DNA from: an uncultured Gammaproteobacteria bacterium
GTDB lineage: Bacteria; Pseudomonadota; Gammaproteobacteria; GCA-002705445; GCA-002716945
Reading direction: 5' to 3'
Assembly (NCBI GenBank): GCA_902521725.1
Contig: CABYTF010000002.1
Coordinates: 56,171 to 120,170 of the forward strand
DNA: 64,000 bases
Shown here: positions 51,994 to 63,906 of the stretch, one piece after another
How the letters are laid out: each line of letters begins with the position of its first letter
Position numbering within the stretch: position 1 is the first letter of the stretch
Position numbers and translations under genes: made by a program
Notes under the pieces: model-generated
Database searches by the model: none
What the model saw: the letters and a program-made list of their open reading frames with translations, nothing else
Told to the model about the DNA's origin: nothing

Positions 51994-53040
51994 TTGAATT
52001 TAATTAGCCAATATTTATATAAAAATTGTACCAAAGCATCTCTTGCTGTTTTTGTAGTTCTTTTATTTATTCTACTAGCTAACACGGGACTGCGTCTGGT
52101 TGAGGATGTGAATGAGGGTGATATTCCCTCTATTTTTTTGATTGAATTATTAGCTCTGAAAGTTGTTCAGTACTCATCAATTATTATTCCCTTGAGCCTA
52201 TTTTTCGGGATTATTATCACACTCAACAGACTTTACGTTACCAATGAAATGACAATAATAAAACTAAATGGTTTTTCTAATTATCACCTAGCTAGAGTAC
52301 TTTCCATGCTAATCATATTAGTTACTCTTTTCATGATTATTTTGAAATTTTTTCTAGCGCCTTTAGCTGTAGAGCATAGGTCTAAAATCGAACATGAAAT
52401 ATCCCATGAACAAAAGATTTATTCTCTCAAAGAGGGAATTTTCAACATAAGCAATGATAAATCAAAAGTAGTTTACATAAATAATAAAGAAAAAAGTGAG
52501 TTAGCTAATATATTCATAAGATCACTCTCGAAGTCTGGTACACGTATAGATATATCCTCAGGAGTTACCTCAAATAATATTGATTCTAATCTTATTAGTT
52601 TGGACAATGGGATATCATATGTTTTTAATCCTGACGGCAGTTTTAGCTCAACAGAGTACTCAACTCAGGATATGATTTTAGCAAATGAGATTCCTGAGTT
52701 TTCTAGCATGGACGTTGAATCTAAATCTTTTTTTGAATTAGTTATTATGGCTGATCTATTATCAGCTAAAGAAATATTCAACAGAGTGTCTATTATTATT
52801 GCTGGATTAATACTGGCATATTTAGCAATTCCCTTGAGTAATTATGCTAAAAAAAATGACAAATACAGAAATATCTTTCTAGGAGCTTTGGTTTATTTTA
52901 GTTACATCATCATCATTCAATTAGCCTCTAGTTCTGTATCCAGTAAATTTGACCTTGTGATGATCGCCTTTTTTCTTCACACATCTTATATTTACTTTAC
53001 ATTTGCTCTATATAAACACACGACAACAGCGGTCAATTGA
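51994..53040 (+). CDS. lptF: LPS export ABC permease LptF
   Basis: 348-aa YjgP/YjgQ-family membrane protein, divergent from pepA as in E. coli. TTG start. Confidence 0.85.
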   Translation: MNLISQYLYKNCTKASLAVFVVLLFILLANTGLRLVEDVNEGDIPSIFLIELLALKVVQYSSIIIPLSLFFGIIITLNRLYVTNEMTIIKLNGFSNYHLARVLSMLIILVTLFMIILKFFLAPLAVEHRSKIEHEISHEQKIYSLKEGIFNISNDKSKVVYINNKEKSELANIFIRSLSKSGTRIDISSGVTSNNIDSNLISLDNGISYVFNPDGSFSSTEYSTQDMILANEIPEFSSMDVESKSFFELVIMADLLSAKEIFNRVSIIIAGLILAYLAIPLSNYAKKNDKYRNIFLGALVYFSYIIIIQLASSSVSSKFDLVMIAFFLHTSYIYFTFALYKHTTTAVN

Positions 53041-53041
53041 A

Positions 53042-54109
53042 ATGAGAAAAATATTAATTTATATGCTAAAAAAATATCTAATTGGTTTCGCACTAGCTAT
53101 AACTGTCCTTCTAGGAATAAATCTTTTACTTATATTTATCGCAGAGCTTAAGAATGTTGGATCCCAAGAATATACAATTTCCGTTCTATTTAATTATGTT
53201 ATTTATCTAATTCCACAAAATATTCAAGATATTTTCCCTTATGCTTTACTCATAGGAAGTATGATTTCGTTTGGTTCTATGGCTTATCACTCTGAGTTTG
53301 TCGCTATTAACTCACATGGTGTTGGGATAAAGAAAATTATATACATAATCATTATACAGACCTTTATTATTTCATCGCTGTTGACTATCACTATTAATTC
53401 AATTGCACCTAAATATTCAAATGAAGCACAAACACTGAAGAATTTATCTTTGAATAAAGCATTATCAGACAAAAACTTGTGGTTCAGGTCCAGTAACTAT
53501 ATTGTAAATGTCAATAAAGTTATTACAGACAAAAGGCTAGAGGATATTATTATTTATAATATACAAGATGGATCATTATCATCAGTTATTTCAGCTGAAA
53601 AAGGTTCTTATAATAACCAATGGAATCTTAGTAATGTCAAAATTCACAATACGAGCTTAAATGAGATATTAATTGAGGAATCTTATGTTTTAGGGTCTGA
53701 CAACTTTATTCCATCCGAGATCCTGAAGAGTCAATTTAATAAAAAAAGATATATATCGATTCAAGATCTATATCAAAATATAAACTACCATGATAAAGCC
53801 GGCATTCCATATGAAAATCATAAAGTTGTCTTCTGGAAAAAAGTTTTATTGCCTATCTCATGCTGTATTATAGTTTTCATAGGATTACCTTACTTATTCA
53901 CTAGAATGCGGTCCACAAACCAAAGTCAAAGATTAATTTTTGGAGTTTTATTTGGTATAACTTATTTCGTATTGACAAGTATCATAACTAACTTATCTTT
54001 AATTATCGGTATTCCTGCACTACCAAGCGTTTTAATATCCATGGTTCTTTTTATAGCAATTGGCGTATATCTATTTAATTTATTAGTAAAGAAAGAAATT
54101 CCAATTTAA
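53042..54109 (+). CDS. lptG: LPS export ABC permease LptG
   Basis: ATG 53042 (MRKILIYMLKKYL...) lies 1 nt after the lptF stop. The track start at 53003 overlaps lptF. Confidence 0.85.
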   Translation: MRKILIYMLKKYLIGFALAITVLLGINLLLIFIAELKNVGSQEYTISVLFNYVIYLIPQNIQDIFPYALLIGSMISFGSMAYHSEFVAINSHGVGIKKIIYIIIIQTFIISSLLTITINSIAPKYSNEAQTLKNLSLNKALSDKNLWFRSSNYIVNVNKVITDKRLEDIIIYNIQDGSLSSVISAEKGSYNNQWNLSNVKIHNTSLNEILIEESYVLGSDNFIPSEILKSQFNKKRYISIQDLYQNINYHDKAGIPYENHKVVFWKKVLLPISCCIIVFIGLPYLFTRMRSTNQSQRLIFGVLFGITYFVLTSIITNLSLIIGIPALPSVLISMVLFIAIGVYLFNLLVKKEIPI

Positions 54110-54498
54110 TCAACTCTTTCGAGGTAGGTTTGAGATATTTTATCTTGTAGAGATTCATTACTGACTAATAATAAAATATGACCACCCAGAAGAGAAACGA
54201 TTATTCTTTTTAGAGACTGCATATATGAAATCTCTAATGAGTATCTGCTGTATATTTTTATCTTCCAGATTCTCATACCGAGTGTTTGATTATATCTTTT
54301 CCAAAACCAAGCGTAATATAAAAATATGATTGCAATAAGATATGTTTGGTAGAAAATATTATCAAGAACCGCATTGCCTTTCGACAACAAAATAATTGGA
54401 ATAGTAAAAAAATATAACACTGCGAATAACAATATCAAATCATAAAAATTAACTAACAACCTCTTAAAAAGACCAACTTTATTGCTCATAATACTCAC
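54106..54498 (-). CDS. RDD-family small membrane protein
   Basis: 130 aa, three TM segments, pattern KRLLVNFYDLILL...QTLGMRIWKIKI. Confidence 0.6.
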   Translation of the reverse strand: MSIMSNKVGLFKRLLVNFYDLILLFAVLYFFTIPIILLSKGNAVLDNIFYQTYLIAIIFLYYAWFWKRYNQTLGMRIWKIKIYSRYSLEISYMQSLKRIIVSLLGGHILLLVSNESLQDKISQTYLERVD

Positions 54499-55744
54499 TG
54501 GTTAATGTAAACGGCAATACTTTCACCTTTGCCCCTTTAGGAACTTCTCTCATATTCTCGTCTAGTTCAATATAGCAATTAGCATCTTTGACAGATGAAA
54601 GGATATTTGATCCTTGTAATCCAGATTTCCTAACATATAATTTATTCTTCTTACTAAGTAAGATTCCTCGCTTATACTCTTTTCGACCTTTTCTTTTTTT
54701 TACACTCGTCAACAATTCTGCCTCCAATGATAAGGCGTGATCTTGACCTTTTCCCATTAATTTATTTAATGCTGCATTTACAAAAAGATTGAATGTAACC
54801 ACAACTGAAACCGGATTTCCAGGTAGCCCAAAAAAGATACACTTTTTTATTTTACCATAAGCTAGAGGCCTACCAGGTTTAACAGCAATTTTCCAGAAAT
54901 TTACTTTCCCAAGTTTTTCTAGAACCTCTTTTACATAATCAGCATCACCTACTGAAACTCCGCCAGTTGTAATAAGAACATCACAATTCAGTGAAGCCTC
55001 TACAAATTTTTTTTCAATTGATTTTATCTTGTCTTTCACTACACCATAGTCTTTTATTTCAACAGGATATTTCTTAAGGAGTCCATGTAAAAGATATCTA
55101 TTACTATCATAGACCTGAGAGATCTTTATTGTTTTCTTGATACTTACTAATTCATCTCCTGTTGACACAAAACCTACTATAGGCCTCTTTTTAACGAACA
55201 CACTATCGATTCCCAAGGATGCTAGTATGCCGATGTCAATCTCGTCAATCTCTTTGCCAGCTTTCAAAACAATTTCATTTTTCTTGATGTCTTCTCCAGG
55301 AAACCTGATATTTTGATCTTTAATAATTCTAGATTTCGTGGTTATAACACTGCCTTTCTGTGTAATCAGTTCTTTCATAATGACTGCATTACAGCCAGAG
55401 GGTACCATACCTCCTGTCATAACCTTTATAGCTTGATTTTTTTTAACTGATTTTAAAAATGGATCTCCTGCGAAAGATTCACCAATACAGTTATAAGTTT
55501 TATTTTTTTCATTGAAATCTCCCACATTTACCGCATAACCATCCATCGCTGAATTTTTGTAGTTTGGTACATTGATTTTTGATTTTATATTCTTTGATAA
55601 AATTCTCCCGTACGCACTCTTGAGATCAACACATTCACTAGTTTTAATACTACTAGTAGATTTTAAAATACTTTCTAAAGCAGCCTCAACGCTCATTGCG
55701 TTAGGATCAAATTCATTAAAACAGTTATCTTTCATTTTTTTCAT
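54479..55744 (-). CDS. moeA: molybdopterin molybdenumtransferase
   Basis: 421 aa. Contains NSAMDGYAV, GGVSVGDADY and LPGNPVS. Confidence 0.88.
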   Translation of the reverse strand: MKKMKDNCFNEFDPNAMSVEAALESILKSTSSIKTSECVDLKSAYGRILSKNIKSKINVPNYKNSAMDGYAVNVGDFNEKNKTYNCIGESFAGDPFLKSVKKNQAIKVMTGGMVPSGCNAVIMKELITQKGSVITTKSRIIKDQNIRFPGEDIKKNEIVLKAGKEIDEIDIGILASLGIDSVFVKKRPIVGFVSTGDELVSIKKTIKISQVYDSNRYLLHGLLKKYPVEIKDYGVVKDKIKSIEKKFVEASLNCDVLITTGGVSVGDADYVKEVLEKLGKVNFWKIAVKPGRPLAYGKIKKCIFFGLPGNPVSVVVTFNLFVNAALNKLMGKGQDHALSLEAELLTSVKKRKGRKEYKRGILLSKKNKLYVRKSGLQGSNILSSVKDANCYIELDENMREVPKGAKVKVLPFTLTSEYYEQ

Positions 55745-55776
55745 ATAATCTATATTATATTAGTATATCAAATATT

Positions 55777-56685
55777 ATGTCTTTATTAGATAAATCAAAG
55801 TCACTGGAATATATAGATCATTATTGTAACGATGTCTCATATAAAAAAAATCTAGCAAAAAATACATTAGAAGCATACAAATCAGATCTCACAGTCTTTC
55901 TGAACTGGCTAGTATCGAGAAATCATGATTTACTCCATGTCGATAGAATACTTATTAATAATTATCTTGCATCGAAATTAGACAATGGATCTACAGTGAG
56001 TACAATTCAAAGGACCATAACATGTATTAAGTCTTTTTATGCATTTTTACAAAACAAAGAAATTATAATGGATAATCCAGCAATCCTGATTGAGAACCCA
56101 AAAAAAAGGAGAAAATTACCAACTATTATATCTGAGGGCGAGGTTGAGAAGCTTTTGAATGCCCCTAATCAAAATAACGCTAATGGCATGAGAGATAAAT
56201 GTATTCTTGAGTTGCTATATTCTGCCGGCCTTAGAATTTCAGAATTGTTGAATATAAAGGTAAATCAAATATCACCTGAGCAACCATTTCTCAAAATTAG
56301 AGGAAAGGGGAATAAGGAACGGCTTGTTCCAATCGGATCTTATGCAATGAATTTACTAATTACATACATCGATACTTATAGGTCTAAGATCAAAGCTAAT
56401 AATAATATAGATATGTTGTTCATAACGGAAAACGGAAATCTCATCACACGACAATTTTGTTGGGAGATGATAAAAAAATACGCTAGAGAATCAATGATTA
56501 ATAAAAATATATCACCTCATAATCTGAGACATGCTTTTGCAACACACTTACTTAATAATGGAGCAGATCTAAGAACTGTTCAGATGCTATTGGGTCATGC
56601 TAGTCTGTCTACAACACAAATTTATACACATATTGCAAAAGACAGGCTTGTAAAATTTCATCAAAAATATCATCCTAGAGGCTAA
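55777..56685 (+). CDS. xerD: site-specific tyrosine recombinase XerD
   Basis: 302 aa. SPHNLRHAFATHLLNNGADLRTVQMLLGHASLSTTQIYTH, followed by dsbC as in E. coli. Confidence 0.9.
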   Translation: MSLLDKSKSLEYIDHYCNDVSYKKNLAKNTLEAYKSDLTVFLNWLVSRNHDLLHVDRILINNYLASKLDNGSTVSTIQRTITCIKSFYAFLQNKEIIMDNPAILIENPKKRRKLPTIISEGEVEKLLNAPNQNNANGMRDKCILELLYSAGLRISELLNIKVNQISPEQPFLKIRGKGNKERLVPIGSYAMNLLITYIDTYRSKIKANNNIDMLFITENGNLITRQFCWEMIKKYARESMINKNISPHNLRHAFATHLLNNGADLRTVQMLLGHASLSTTQIYTHIAKDRLVKFHQKYHPRG

Positions 56686-56687
56686 TC

Positions 56688-57386
56688 ATGAAAAGTATAT
56701 TTATAACGTTGTCATTAATATTATTCGCATCATGCGCTAAAAAAGAAGATGCTGATATAAATAAAATTGTTTCAGATGCATACCCAAATGTATCAATAGA
56801 AAGCCTCAAAAAAATAGATGAAAATTTTCATGAAATTATCATTAATAATCAAATATATTATGCAACAAACGATGGTAAATATTTAATAGTTGGTAGTGTG
56901 ATTGATTTAGACACTAAAGAAAGCATTACTGAAAACACCAAAATGGAGCAACGTTTAAAAGTAATTAATTCAATTGATCAAAGTTATCAAGTAATATACA
57001 AGCCTGATAAAACAGATTATGTTCTTACTGTCTTTACTGATGCATCATGTCCATATTGTCAGAAGCTACATAATGAGTTATCTGGACTTCTTAAAAATAA
57101 TATTGAGGTTAGATATGTTTTATTTTCTAGAAATGGGAAAGATGTTGATGCTTATGAACAACTTGTATCCGCATGGTGTGCAGACAATAGAGTAGAGGCC
57201 ATTGATAGTATATTTCAAGGAGATTTGATAGATGATAATGCAACATGTATAAACCCTCTTGATAGGAACTTCGAGTACGCTAGTGCATTGTCCGTTGAGG
57301 GCACTCCAACAATATTTTTAGAAGATGGTAGGATTATTCCTGGATATCAAAGTTATGAGAAAATAATTGCATTTATTAAGAACTAA
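56688..57386 (+). CDS. dsbC: thiol:disulfide interchange protein DsbC-like
   Basis: 232 aa. N-terminal dimerisation-like domain plus a thioredoxin fold with CPYC. The signal peptide ends LFASC. Confidence 0.85.
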   Translation: MKSIFITLSLILFASCAKKEDADINKIVSDAYPNVSIESLKKIDENFHEIIINNQIYYATNDGKYLIVGSVIDLDTKESITENTKMEQRLKVINSIDQSYQVIYKPDKTDYVLTVFTDASCPYCQKLHNELSGLLKNNIEVRYVLFSRNGKDVDAYEQLVSAWCADNRVEAIDSIFQGDLIDDNATCINPLDRNFEYASALSVEGTPTIFLEDGRIIPGYQSYEKIIAFIKN

Positions 57387-58797
57387 AGTCTTTTTCTAAA
57401 TCATCAATATACTTTTTGATAATTTCAACTTCATCTTTCATGTCAGCGAATCTACTATCGTTGGATGCTTTTACAAGCTCCGCTTTAGCCTTTGAAATGG
57501 TAGTCCAAGGCACTTTTTCAGAATCATTAAAAATTTTATTAGCTATATAGTCTCTGTAATTAATGATATTTTCCTGAGTCAAGAGCTCCTTCTTATCAGA
57601 GTAGAGCTTTCTCTTATATAACTCGACTAATCTTTTATCTTCGAGCGTTCCAAGCTTAGTCAAAATATCATCTATTTTATTAAGCCCATCGATTTTTTTT
57701 ATCAATGCCCAATCACTTGGTCCAGTAAAACCATTATAGAGCATCTCATCTACATGCTCTGATGCTGACAAATAATCTCTACTATCAACTTGATAATCTG
57801 CAAGCTGATCCACAAGATACTGATTTATGTTCATAATAAAATTACTTGCTGAATTTAGTAAGTTAAACTTAGCATCATAATTATTTTCATTTATTGAAAA
57901 CTTCTGTTTGTGTACATCATCAAGATGATCATACTTGAGTAATATAGGATAATCATTACTTTTAATTTTTTTTAGAATTTTATTTTTAAATAACGATCCT
58001 ATATTTCTTGTTCTTGAGGTGAGAATATCCTCTGTCACTTCCTCACACAAGTTGAAGAAAATTAGCTCTTTTGCATTATCTGGGTTACTTGTAAGAAAGC
58101 AAACGGGAGTGTATTCACCTGTGGAGGTTGTTGGTGGAATGAAACATATTTTATTTTCCTCAAGAAACTCTCTTACATTATTGTGATTTCGAAAAATCAT
58201 CAGGTGATCCCAAAAGTCTGCATCATTTTTTTTGATGATCTCTGCGACACCTAGCGTAGCGTCAACATCACTCATTGCATCGTGAGCAAATTCATGTTTG
58301 ACCTTATTATTTGCAGCAAGCTTCTCCAGCTTTAGACTCTTTCTTCCTTTTTCCTTATCTACGGGAATGTTTATATATGATTTATTTAAGTTGCATATTG
58401 ATAGAATTATTTTAAATAAATCTATCCGTGAATTATTATTTGTATTTGTTAAATACGGAGCATGAAGTGAATGATATAAGCTCGACCTCAAAAACTTTTC
58501 ATCAAAATTAATATTGTTATAACCAATAAATACAGCAGGTGACCATGATGTTAGTTTTTGATGTACTTTGTCCATAAACTCATAGAAGGATTGTTTGGTA
58601 TCAAGTTCCCTAAGATCAGTTTTTGTAATAAGCATTGCTGTAGGTGAGGGTATAACTCCATCCCTCAGTCTACACTTCTCATTAAGCTCATCGAGCACAT
58701 GGAAGTTCTCATCTACAAGTTTAGCTGCTAATTGAATTGGCTGATCAAAGTAGAAATTTAATCCAGATGTTTCAAAATCATAAAAAACATAATTCAT
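57376..58797 (-). CDS. sbcB: exodeoxyribonuclease I
   Basis: 473 aa. DEDDh N-terminus FYDFETSG...AHDAMSDV, collinear with E. coli ExoI. Confidence 0.9.
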   Translation of the reverse strand: MNYVFYDFETSGLNFYFDQPIQLAAKLVDENFHVLDELNEKCRLRDGVIPSPTAMLITKTDLRELDTKQSFYEFMDKVHQKLTSWSPAVFIGYNNINFDEKFLRSSLYHSLHAPYLTNTNNNSRIDLFKIILSICNLNKSYINIPVDKEKGRKSLKLEKLAANNKVKHEFAHDAMSDVDATLGVAEIIKKNDADFWDHLMIFRNHNNVREFLEENKICFIPPTTSTGEYTPVCFLTSNPDNAKELIFFNLCEEVTEDILTSRTRNIGSLFKNKILKKIKSNDYPILLKYDHLDDVHKQKFSINENNYDAKFNLLNSASNFIMNINQYLVDQLADYQVDSRDYLSASEHVDEMLYNGFTGPSDWALIKKIDGLNKIDDILTKLGTLEDKRLVELYKRKLYSDKKELLTQENIINYRDYIANKIFNDSEKVPWTTISKAKAELVKASNDSRFADMKDEVEIIKKYIDDLEKDFSS

Positions 58798-58838
58798 TTA
58801 TATTATATTCGGGATAGTGTAATCTTATTATACACAAC

Positions 58839-60737
58839 ATGGTTAAAAAGACATATACCGCATCTGATATAGAAATTTTAAAAGGTATCGAACCAGTTCA
58901 AAAGAGACCTGGTATGTACACTGATACATCAACACCTAACCATTTACTTCAAGAAGTAATCGATAATTGCGTAGATGAGTCTATTGCTGGCTTCTGTAAT
59001 AATATCGATATCACAGTCAATAAGGATGGCTCTTTCACTGTTAAAGATGACGGAAGAGGGATGCCTGTTGATATACACCCAGAGTATAATAAATCTGGAG
59101 TCGAAGTCATTATGACGAATCTTCACTCAGGTGCTAAGTTTAGCAATAAAAATTATAAATATTCAGGAGGCTTACATGGAGTTGGAGTATCTGTTGTCAG
59201 TGCACTATCCGAGACATTAACTGTCAACGTTGAAAGAGCCGATGATCCTGATGTCTATGAGATAGTCTTTAAAAATGGACTAATTAGCAAAAAATTAACA
59301 AAAGTATCTAAAACTCAAAAAAAATCTCATGGTACTACGATCACTTTTAAGCCAAATTCAACATATTTTGATAACGATGCTGTTGATATGAATAGATTGC
59401 ATAAACTACTAGAGGCAAAATCCATCCTTAAACCCGGCTTAAAGATAAAAATTATTGATCTCAAATATCGCAAAGAAGAAAAAGTTTATTGTCACAGCGG
59501 TTCTCTAGATACTTATTTAAAAAATTCACTAAAAGATATTGATCTATTACCTAAGCAACCAATTTTAGTAGAGCTTGATACAGATCAATTTGAACTGACT
59601 TCTACTTTATGTTGGCACCAAGATTCAAATGAGACTATACAAGATAGTTACGTCAATCTGATACCTACTTCTGATGGAGGGACTCATGTAAACTCTCTCA
59701 AGTCAGCAGTAACTGACTCTATCAGAGAGTTTATGACTTCTCATAGATTGACTCCTAAAAACACAAAAATTATACCTGATGATATCTGGAAGAATACCTC
59801 ATATCTCCTCTCCATAAAGATTTCAGACCCACAATTTATTGGCCAAACAAAAAATAAATTACAGTCAACATCAATAGGTTCAAAATTGACCACTCAACTC
59901 AAGGATAGACTGGAGTTATGGCTGAATAATCACTCTGAGATATCTGAAGAAATTTGCAGTATCGCGATTAGTAACGCGCAAATGAGATCATCAATCGCTC
60001 CCAAGAAAACTAAAGCAACCACTAAGAGTATCATTCTCCCTAGTCGATTATCTGATTGCTCAAGCAAAGATGCTTCTGCTAATGAATTATTTCTTGTTGA
60101 GGGTGATTCAGCGGGAGGATCAGCAAAACAAGCGAGAGATAGAAATTTTCAAGCAATTTTACCTTTGAGGGGAAAAATACTAAACACATGGGAGGTTTCA
60201 TCAACAAAGATTCTGGAATCAAAGGAAGTTCAAGACATCAGTACATCTATTGGAGTAAAGCCTGGCGAGTCTGATTTATCAAAACTTAGATATGAAAAGA
60301 TATGTATTTTAGCTGATGCAGATTCTGATGGCTTGCACATAGCAACCCTTCTAATTGCTTTGTTCGTTAAGCACTTTCCCGATCTTGTTCTAAATGAACA
60401 TATATATGTTTCACTTCCACCACTATACCGTCTAGATTTTAAAAATAGTGTTCTATACGCTATTTCAGATGAGCATATGACTGAAGTTCTAAAGCAAAAT
60501 AAAATAAAATCTTCAGATCCGAAGTTAAGTATAACAAGATTCAAAGGACTTGGAGAGATGAATCCTTCACAGTTGAGGGATACGACGCTTAATCCATCTT
60601 CACGAAAACTTTTACTGCTTTCATTAGAAAATAAGGCGAAAGATATGAAATTATTAAACATGATGCTCTCTAAAAAGACATCCATAGATAGGAAGTTGTG
60701 GCTAGAGAAAAAGGGCAATCTTGTGCAGGCAAATTAA
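58839..60737 (+). CDS. parE: DNA topoisomerase IV subunit B
   Basis: 632 aa. GHKL ATPase, Toprim EGDSAGG, and no GyrB-specific insert. Followed by parC. Confidence 0.93.
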   Translation: MVKKTYTASDIEILKGIEPVQKRPGMYTDTSTPNHLLQEVIDNCVDESIAGFCNNIDITVNKDGSFTVKDDGRGMPVDIHPEYNKSGVEVIMTNLHSGAKFSNKNYKYSGGLHGVGVSVVSALSETLTVNVERADDPDVYEIVFKNGLISKKLTKVSKTQKKSHGTTITFKPNSTYFDNDAVDMNRLHKLLEAKSILKPGLKIKIIDLKYRKEEKVYCHSGSLDTYLKNSLKDIDLLPKQPILVELDTDQFELTSTLCWHQDSNETIQDSYVNLIPTSDGGTHVNSLKSAVTDSIREFMTSHRLTPKNTKIIPDDIWKNTSYLLSIKISDPQFIGQTKNKLQSTSIGSKLTTQLKDRLELWLNNHSEISEEICSIAISNAQMRSSIAPKKTKATTKSIILPSRLSDCSSKDASANELFLVEGDSAGGSAKQARDRNFQAILPLRGKILNTWEVSSTKILESKEVQDISTSIGVKPGESDLSKLRYEKICILADADSDGLHIATLLIALFVKHFPDLVLNEHIYVSLPPLYRLDFKNSVLYAISDEHMTEVLKQNKIKSSDPKLSITRFKGLGEMNPSQLRDTTLNPSSRKLLLLSLENKAKDMKLLNMMLSKKTSIDRKLWLEKKGNLVQAN

Positions 60738-62995
60738 TGGCAAAAAACAAAGACCTATTTTCATCAAATATAGATAAAATTTCTATTGGCGCTTTTAGTG
60801 AGGACGCATATTTAAATTATTCAATGTATGTGATCCTTGATCGAGCTTTACCAAGTCTATTGGATGGACTGAAGCCTGTTCAAAGAAGAATAATATATGC
60901 AATGAGTGAATTAGGTCTTAAACATAACACTAAACACAAAAAATCAGCAAGAACAGTAGGAGATGTCCTGGGAAAATTCCATCCGCATGGAGATACAGCA
61001 TGTTATGAAGCTATGGTTATGATGGCGCAATCATTTTCATATAACTCACCATTGATAGACGGACAGGGAAATTGGGGGACTCAAGATGATCCTAAGTCTT
61101 TTGCTGCTATGAGGTATACCGAATCTAAGCTAACCAAATACTCTGATCTACTTCTTAGAAATCTTAAAAATGGTACTGTTGATTGGATACCAAATTTTGA
61201 TGGCTCCCTTGAAGAGCCTAAGTTTTTACCCTCACTTATCCCCAATATACTTGTAAATGGTAGCTCAGGCATTGCAGTCGGAATGTCAACAGATATTCCA
61301 CCGCATAATCTTGGAGAAATAATTCTCGCTGTGCAACATTTGATAAAGAATCCTAAATGTAGTGTTAAAGATTTAATAGATTTTATTCCAGCCCCCGACT
61401 ATCCAACAGGTGGGTCTCTTTTAAGAAATGAATCTGATATTGATGAAATTTATAACGAAGGCACTGGAAACATAAAACTACGAGCTGAGTATGCTTCTAA
61501 GTCAAAAGAAATAACTATCCACTCTCTGCCTTATCAAGCATCTACCACAAAAATCATAGAGCAAATTCAATCTCAAATTATTGAGAAGAAGATTAGCTTT
61601 ATTGGATCTGTTGAGGATCAATCAGATGAGAAAAACCCTGTAAAGATTATTATTAGAATCAAAGGCAGCAGTATCAGCGCTGAAGATGTGATGAGCCATC
61701 TATATTTCACCACGGATTTAGAGAGAAGTTACAGAGCAAATCTAAATATTATTACGTCAGAAGGCAAGCCGAAGGTTATGAATTTAAGAGACATTCTCTC
61801 TCAATGGTTAGCATTTCGTATAGATACATTCAAGAAACAGCTAAATCATGAGAATAATCAAATACTCGAAAGACTCCATATCCTTGAAGGCTTCTTAATA
61901 GTCTACAAACATCTTGATAAAATTATTTCAATTCTACGCAATGAGGATAATCCAAAACAAAAGATAATGAAAATTGGTAAGTTTACAGAAATACAGTACG
62001 AATCAATTGTGAATATGAGACTGAGAAACATTGCTAAACTTGAAGAGCAAAAAATTAATGATGAGTTCGCAAAACTGAAGGAGAGAAATAAGGAGATTAG
62101 TTCTATATTAAAATCTAAATCTAAATTAAATAAACTAATCAGTGAAGAACTCGATGAGCTGAGTGAAGAATATTCATCTGATAGAAAAACAAATATTGTG
62201 GAGGATGTATCCTCTTCTAAGCAGATCAAGAAGGAAATAAAAATATCAAATGAGGCAATGTTTGTTGTTTTATCAACTAATGGTTGGATAAAATCTAATA
62301 GAGGTTCACTAGATAAAACCGATCATCTGGCATTTAAATCAGGCGACTCATTGCTTGATTATTTAAATATTGACAACGACAAAGAGGTTGCCTTTTTCGA
62401 TCAAAAAGGATTCTTATACACGATGACTGTCAATGATATGCCTTCTGGTAGAGGTTACGGTGAATCCTTAAAGAAATACTTTACCATTGACGATGGTATC
62501 CATGTTATCGGAATGGTTGATTCGAAAAATACTAATCATACACTACTAAGCACCGAGTCGGGGTATGGTTTTATATGTGATAATCATGATCTCAGTTCTT
62601 CGAACAGAAAGGGTAAAGCTATCTTAAAGAACAAAGCATCAATGCTTTCAAAACCTGTTGCTTTTAAGATGGAAGACTATAAATACTATATATTGATAAC
62701 TGACAAACAATATATGCTCGTCGGAGATTTATCCGATATACCGATAATGTCAAAAGGCAAGGGAGTAAAGTTGATCAATATTCCTAAGTCTGACGAGGAA
62801 GAAAAAATTGTTTTTTCTGGGGTAATTAGAGACGGGGAAAGATTAGAGATTGCTAGTAAAAATAAAAGGACGAAATATATTGAATTTGAGGATCTAGAAC
62901 CATATATTATGAGTAGAACAAGACGTGGGAAGAAGATAGATAATAAATATACCCACAAAAATGCTAAATTAATTTACAATACAGGGAAAAAATGA
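60737..62995 (+). CDS. parC: DNA topoisomerase IV subunit A
   Basis: ATG 60737 (MAKNKDLF...) overlaps the parE TAA. Contains DGLKPVQRR and AAMRYTE (catalytic Tyr). Confidence 0.93.
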   Translation: MAKNKDLFSSNIDKISIGAFSEDAYLNYSMYVILDRALPSLLDGLKPVQRRIIYAMSELGLKHNTKHKKSARTVGDVLGKFHPHGDTACYEAMVMMAQSFSYNSPLIDGQGNWGTQDDPKSFAAMRYTESKLTKYSDLLLRNLKNGTVDWIPNFDGSLEEPKFLPSLIPNILVNGSSGIAVGMSTDIPPHNLGEIILAVQHLIKNPKCSVKDLIDFIPAPDYPTGGSLLRNESDIDEIYNEGTGNIKLRAEYASKSKEITIHSLPYQASTTKIIEQIQSQIIEKKISFIGSVEDQSDEKNPVKIIIRIKGSSISAEDVMSHLYFTTDLERSYRANLNIITSEGKPKVMNLRDILSQWLAFRIDTFKKQLNHENNQILERLHILEGFLIVYKHLDKIISILRNEDNPKQKIMKIGKFTEIQYESIVNMRLRNIAKLEEQKINDEFAKLKERNKEISSILKSKSKLNKLISEELDELSEEYSSDRKTNIVEDVSSSKQIKKEIKISNEAMFVVLSTNGWIKSNRGSLDKTDHLAFKSGDSLLDYLNIDNDKEVAFFDQKGFLYTMTVNDMPSGRGYGESLKKYFTIDDGIHVIGMVDSKNTNHTLLSTESGYGFICDNHDLSSSNRKGKAILKNKASMLSKPVAFKMEDYKYYILITDKQYMLVGDLSDIPIMSKGKGVKLINIPKSDEEEKIVFSGVIRDGERLEIASKNKRTKYIEFEDLEPYIMSRTRRGKKIDNKYTHKNAKLIYNTGKK

Positions 62996-63906
62996 AGAGA
63001 ATATTTTATTTTATAGTTGTTAACATTGCGATACTTTTTGTTTTAAGTATCTTTTTATCACTAACGGGCTTCACGGGTATCCTTCAGTCTAATGGAGTTG
63101 ACCTGGATTACGATTCACTAATGCTATTTTCATTAGTATTTGGTATGGGCGGATCCTTCATATCCCTGTACATGTCTAAATGGATGGCTAAGTCCATGGC
63201 AGGAGTAAAGTTAATCAATACTCCATCGAATGAATTTGAACAATGGTACTTAGATACGGTAAAGAGACAATCAGATCAACTAGGCCTCAAGATGCCAGAA
63301 GTTGGCATATTCAATTCTCCTCAACCAAATGCTTTTGCGACAGGATCATCAAAAAATAGTTCTTTAGTTGCTCTTAGTACTGGTCTGGTTAGTGCTATGA
63401 ATAGAGATGAGATTGAAGCTGTAATAGGTCACGAGATGAGCCATGTAGCTAACGGCGACATGGTTACACTTACTCTTATACAAGGAATAGTAAATGCGTT
63501 CGTAATATTCTTTTCACGCGTAATTGGTCACTTCGTTGACCGCGTAATTTTAAAAAATGAGAGAGGCTATGGAATTGGATATTTCTTCACTGTCATCTTT
63601 GCGCAAGTAATTTTAGGAATACTTGCCTCTACAATAGTTTGTTGGTTCTCACGTATGAGAGAATTTCGTGCAGATATAGGTGGTGCACAACTTACATCAA
63701 AAACTAAAATGATAAACGCACTTAAAGCATTAGAAAGACAAGTTGCAGCTCCGCTCCCAGACCAAATGTTAGCTTTTGGTATCTCTAACAAGGGTCAGTC
63801 AAGCACATTGCAAAAACTTTTTTCGACACACCCACCTCTAAGAAAAAGAATTGAGGCTTTAGAAAATTCACAGATCGAATCAGCTAGCCAACAACAATTG
63901 GGCTAA
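62992..63906 (+). CDS. htpX: membrane zinc protease HtpX
   Basis: 304 aa, four TM segments, HEMSH zinc site. Confidence 0.93.
   Translation: MKRIFYFIVVNIAILFVLSIFLSLTGFTGILQSNGVDLDYDSLMLFSLVFGMGGSFISLYMSKWMAKSMAGVKLINTPSNEFEQWYLDTVKRQSDQLGLKMPEVGIFNSPQPNAFATGSSKNSSLVALSTGLVSAMNRDEIEAVIGHEMSHVANGDMVTLTLIQGIVNAFVIFFSRVIGHFVDRVILKNERGYGIGYFFTVIFAQVILGILASTIVCWFSRMREFRADIGGAQLTSKTKMINALKALERQVAAPLPDQMLAFGISNKGQSSTLQKLFSTHPPLRKRIEALENSQIESASQQQLG

Noticed and set aside
54479-55744. moeA without neighbouring moa/mob/moeB genes, as a possible orphan or moonlighting gene
   Set aside because: Molybdenum-cofactor genes are often dispersed. Without the rest of the genome nothing unusual can be supported.
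55777-56685. Tyrosine recombinase as a possible marker of an integrated mobile element
   Set aside because: The sequence and the xerD-dsbC context match the chromosomal dimer-resolution recombinase. There are no flanking repeats, no tRNA-adjacent att-like sites and no phage or transposon genes.
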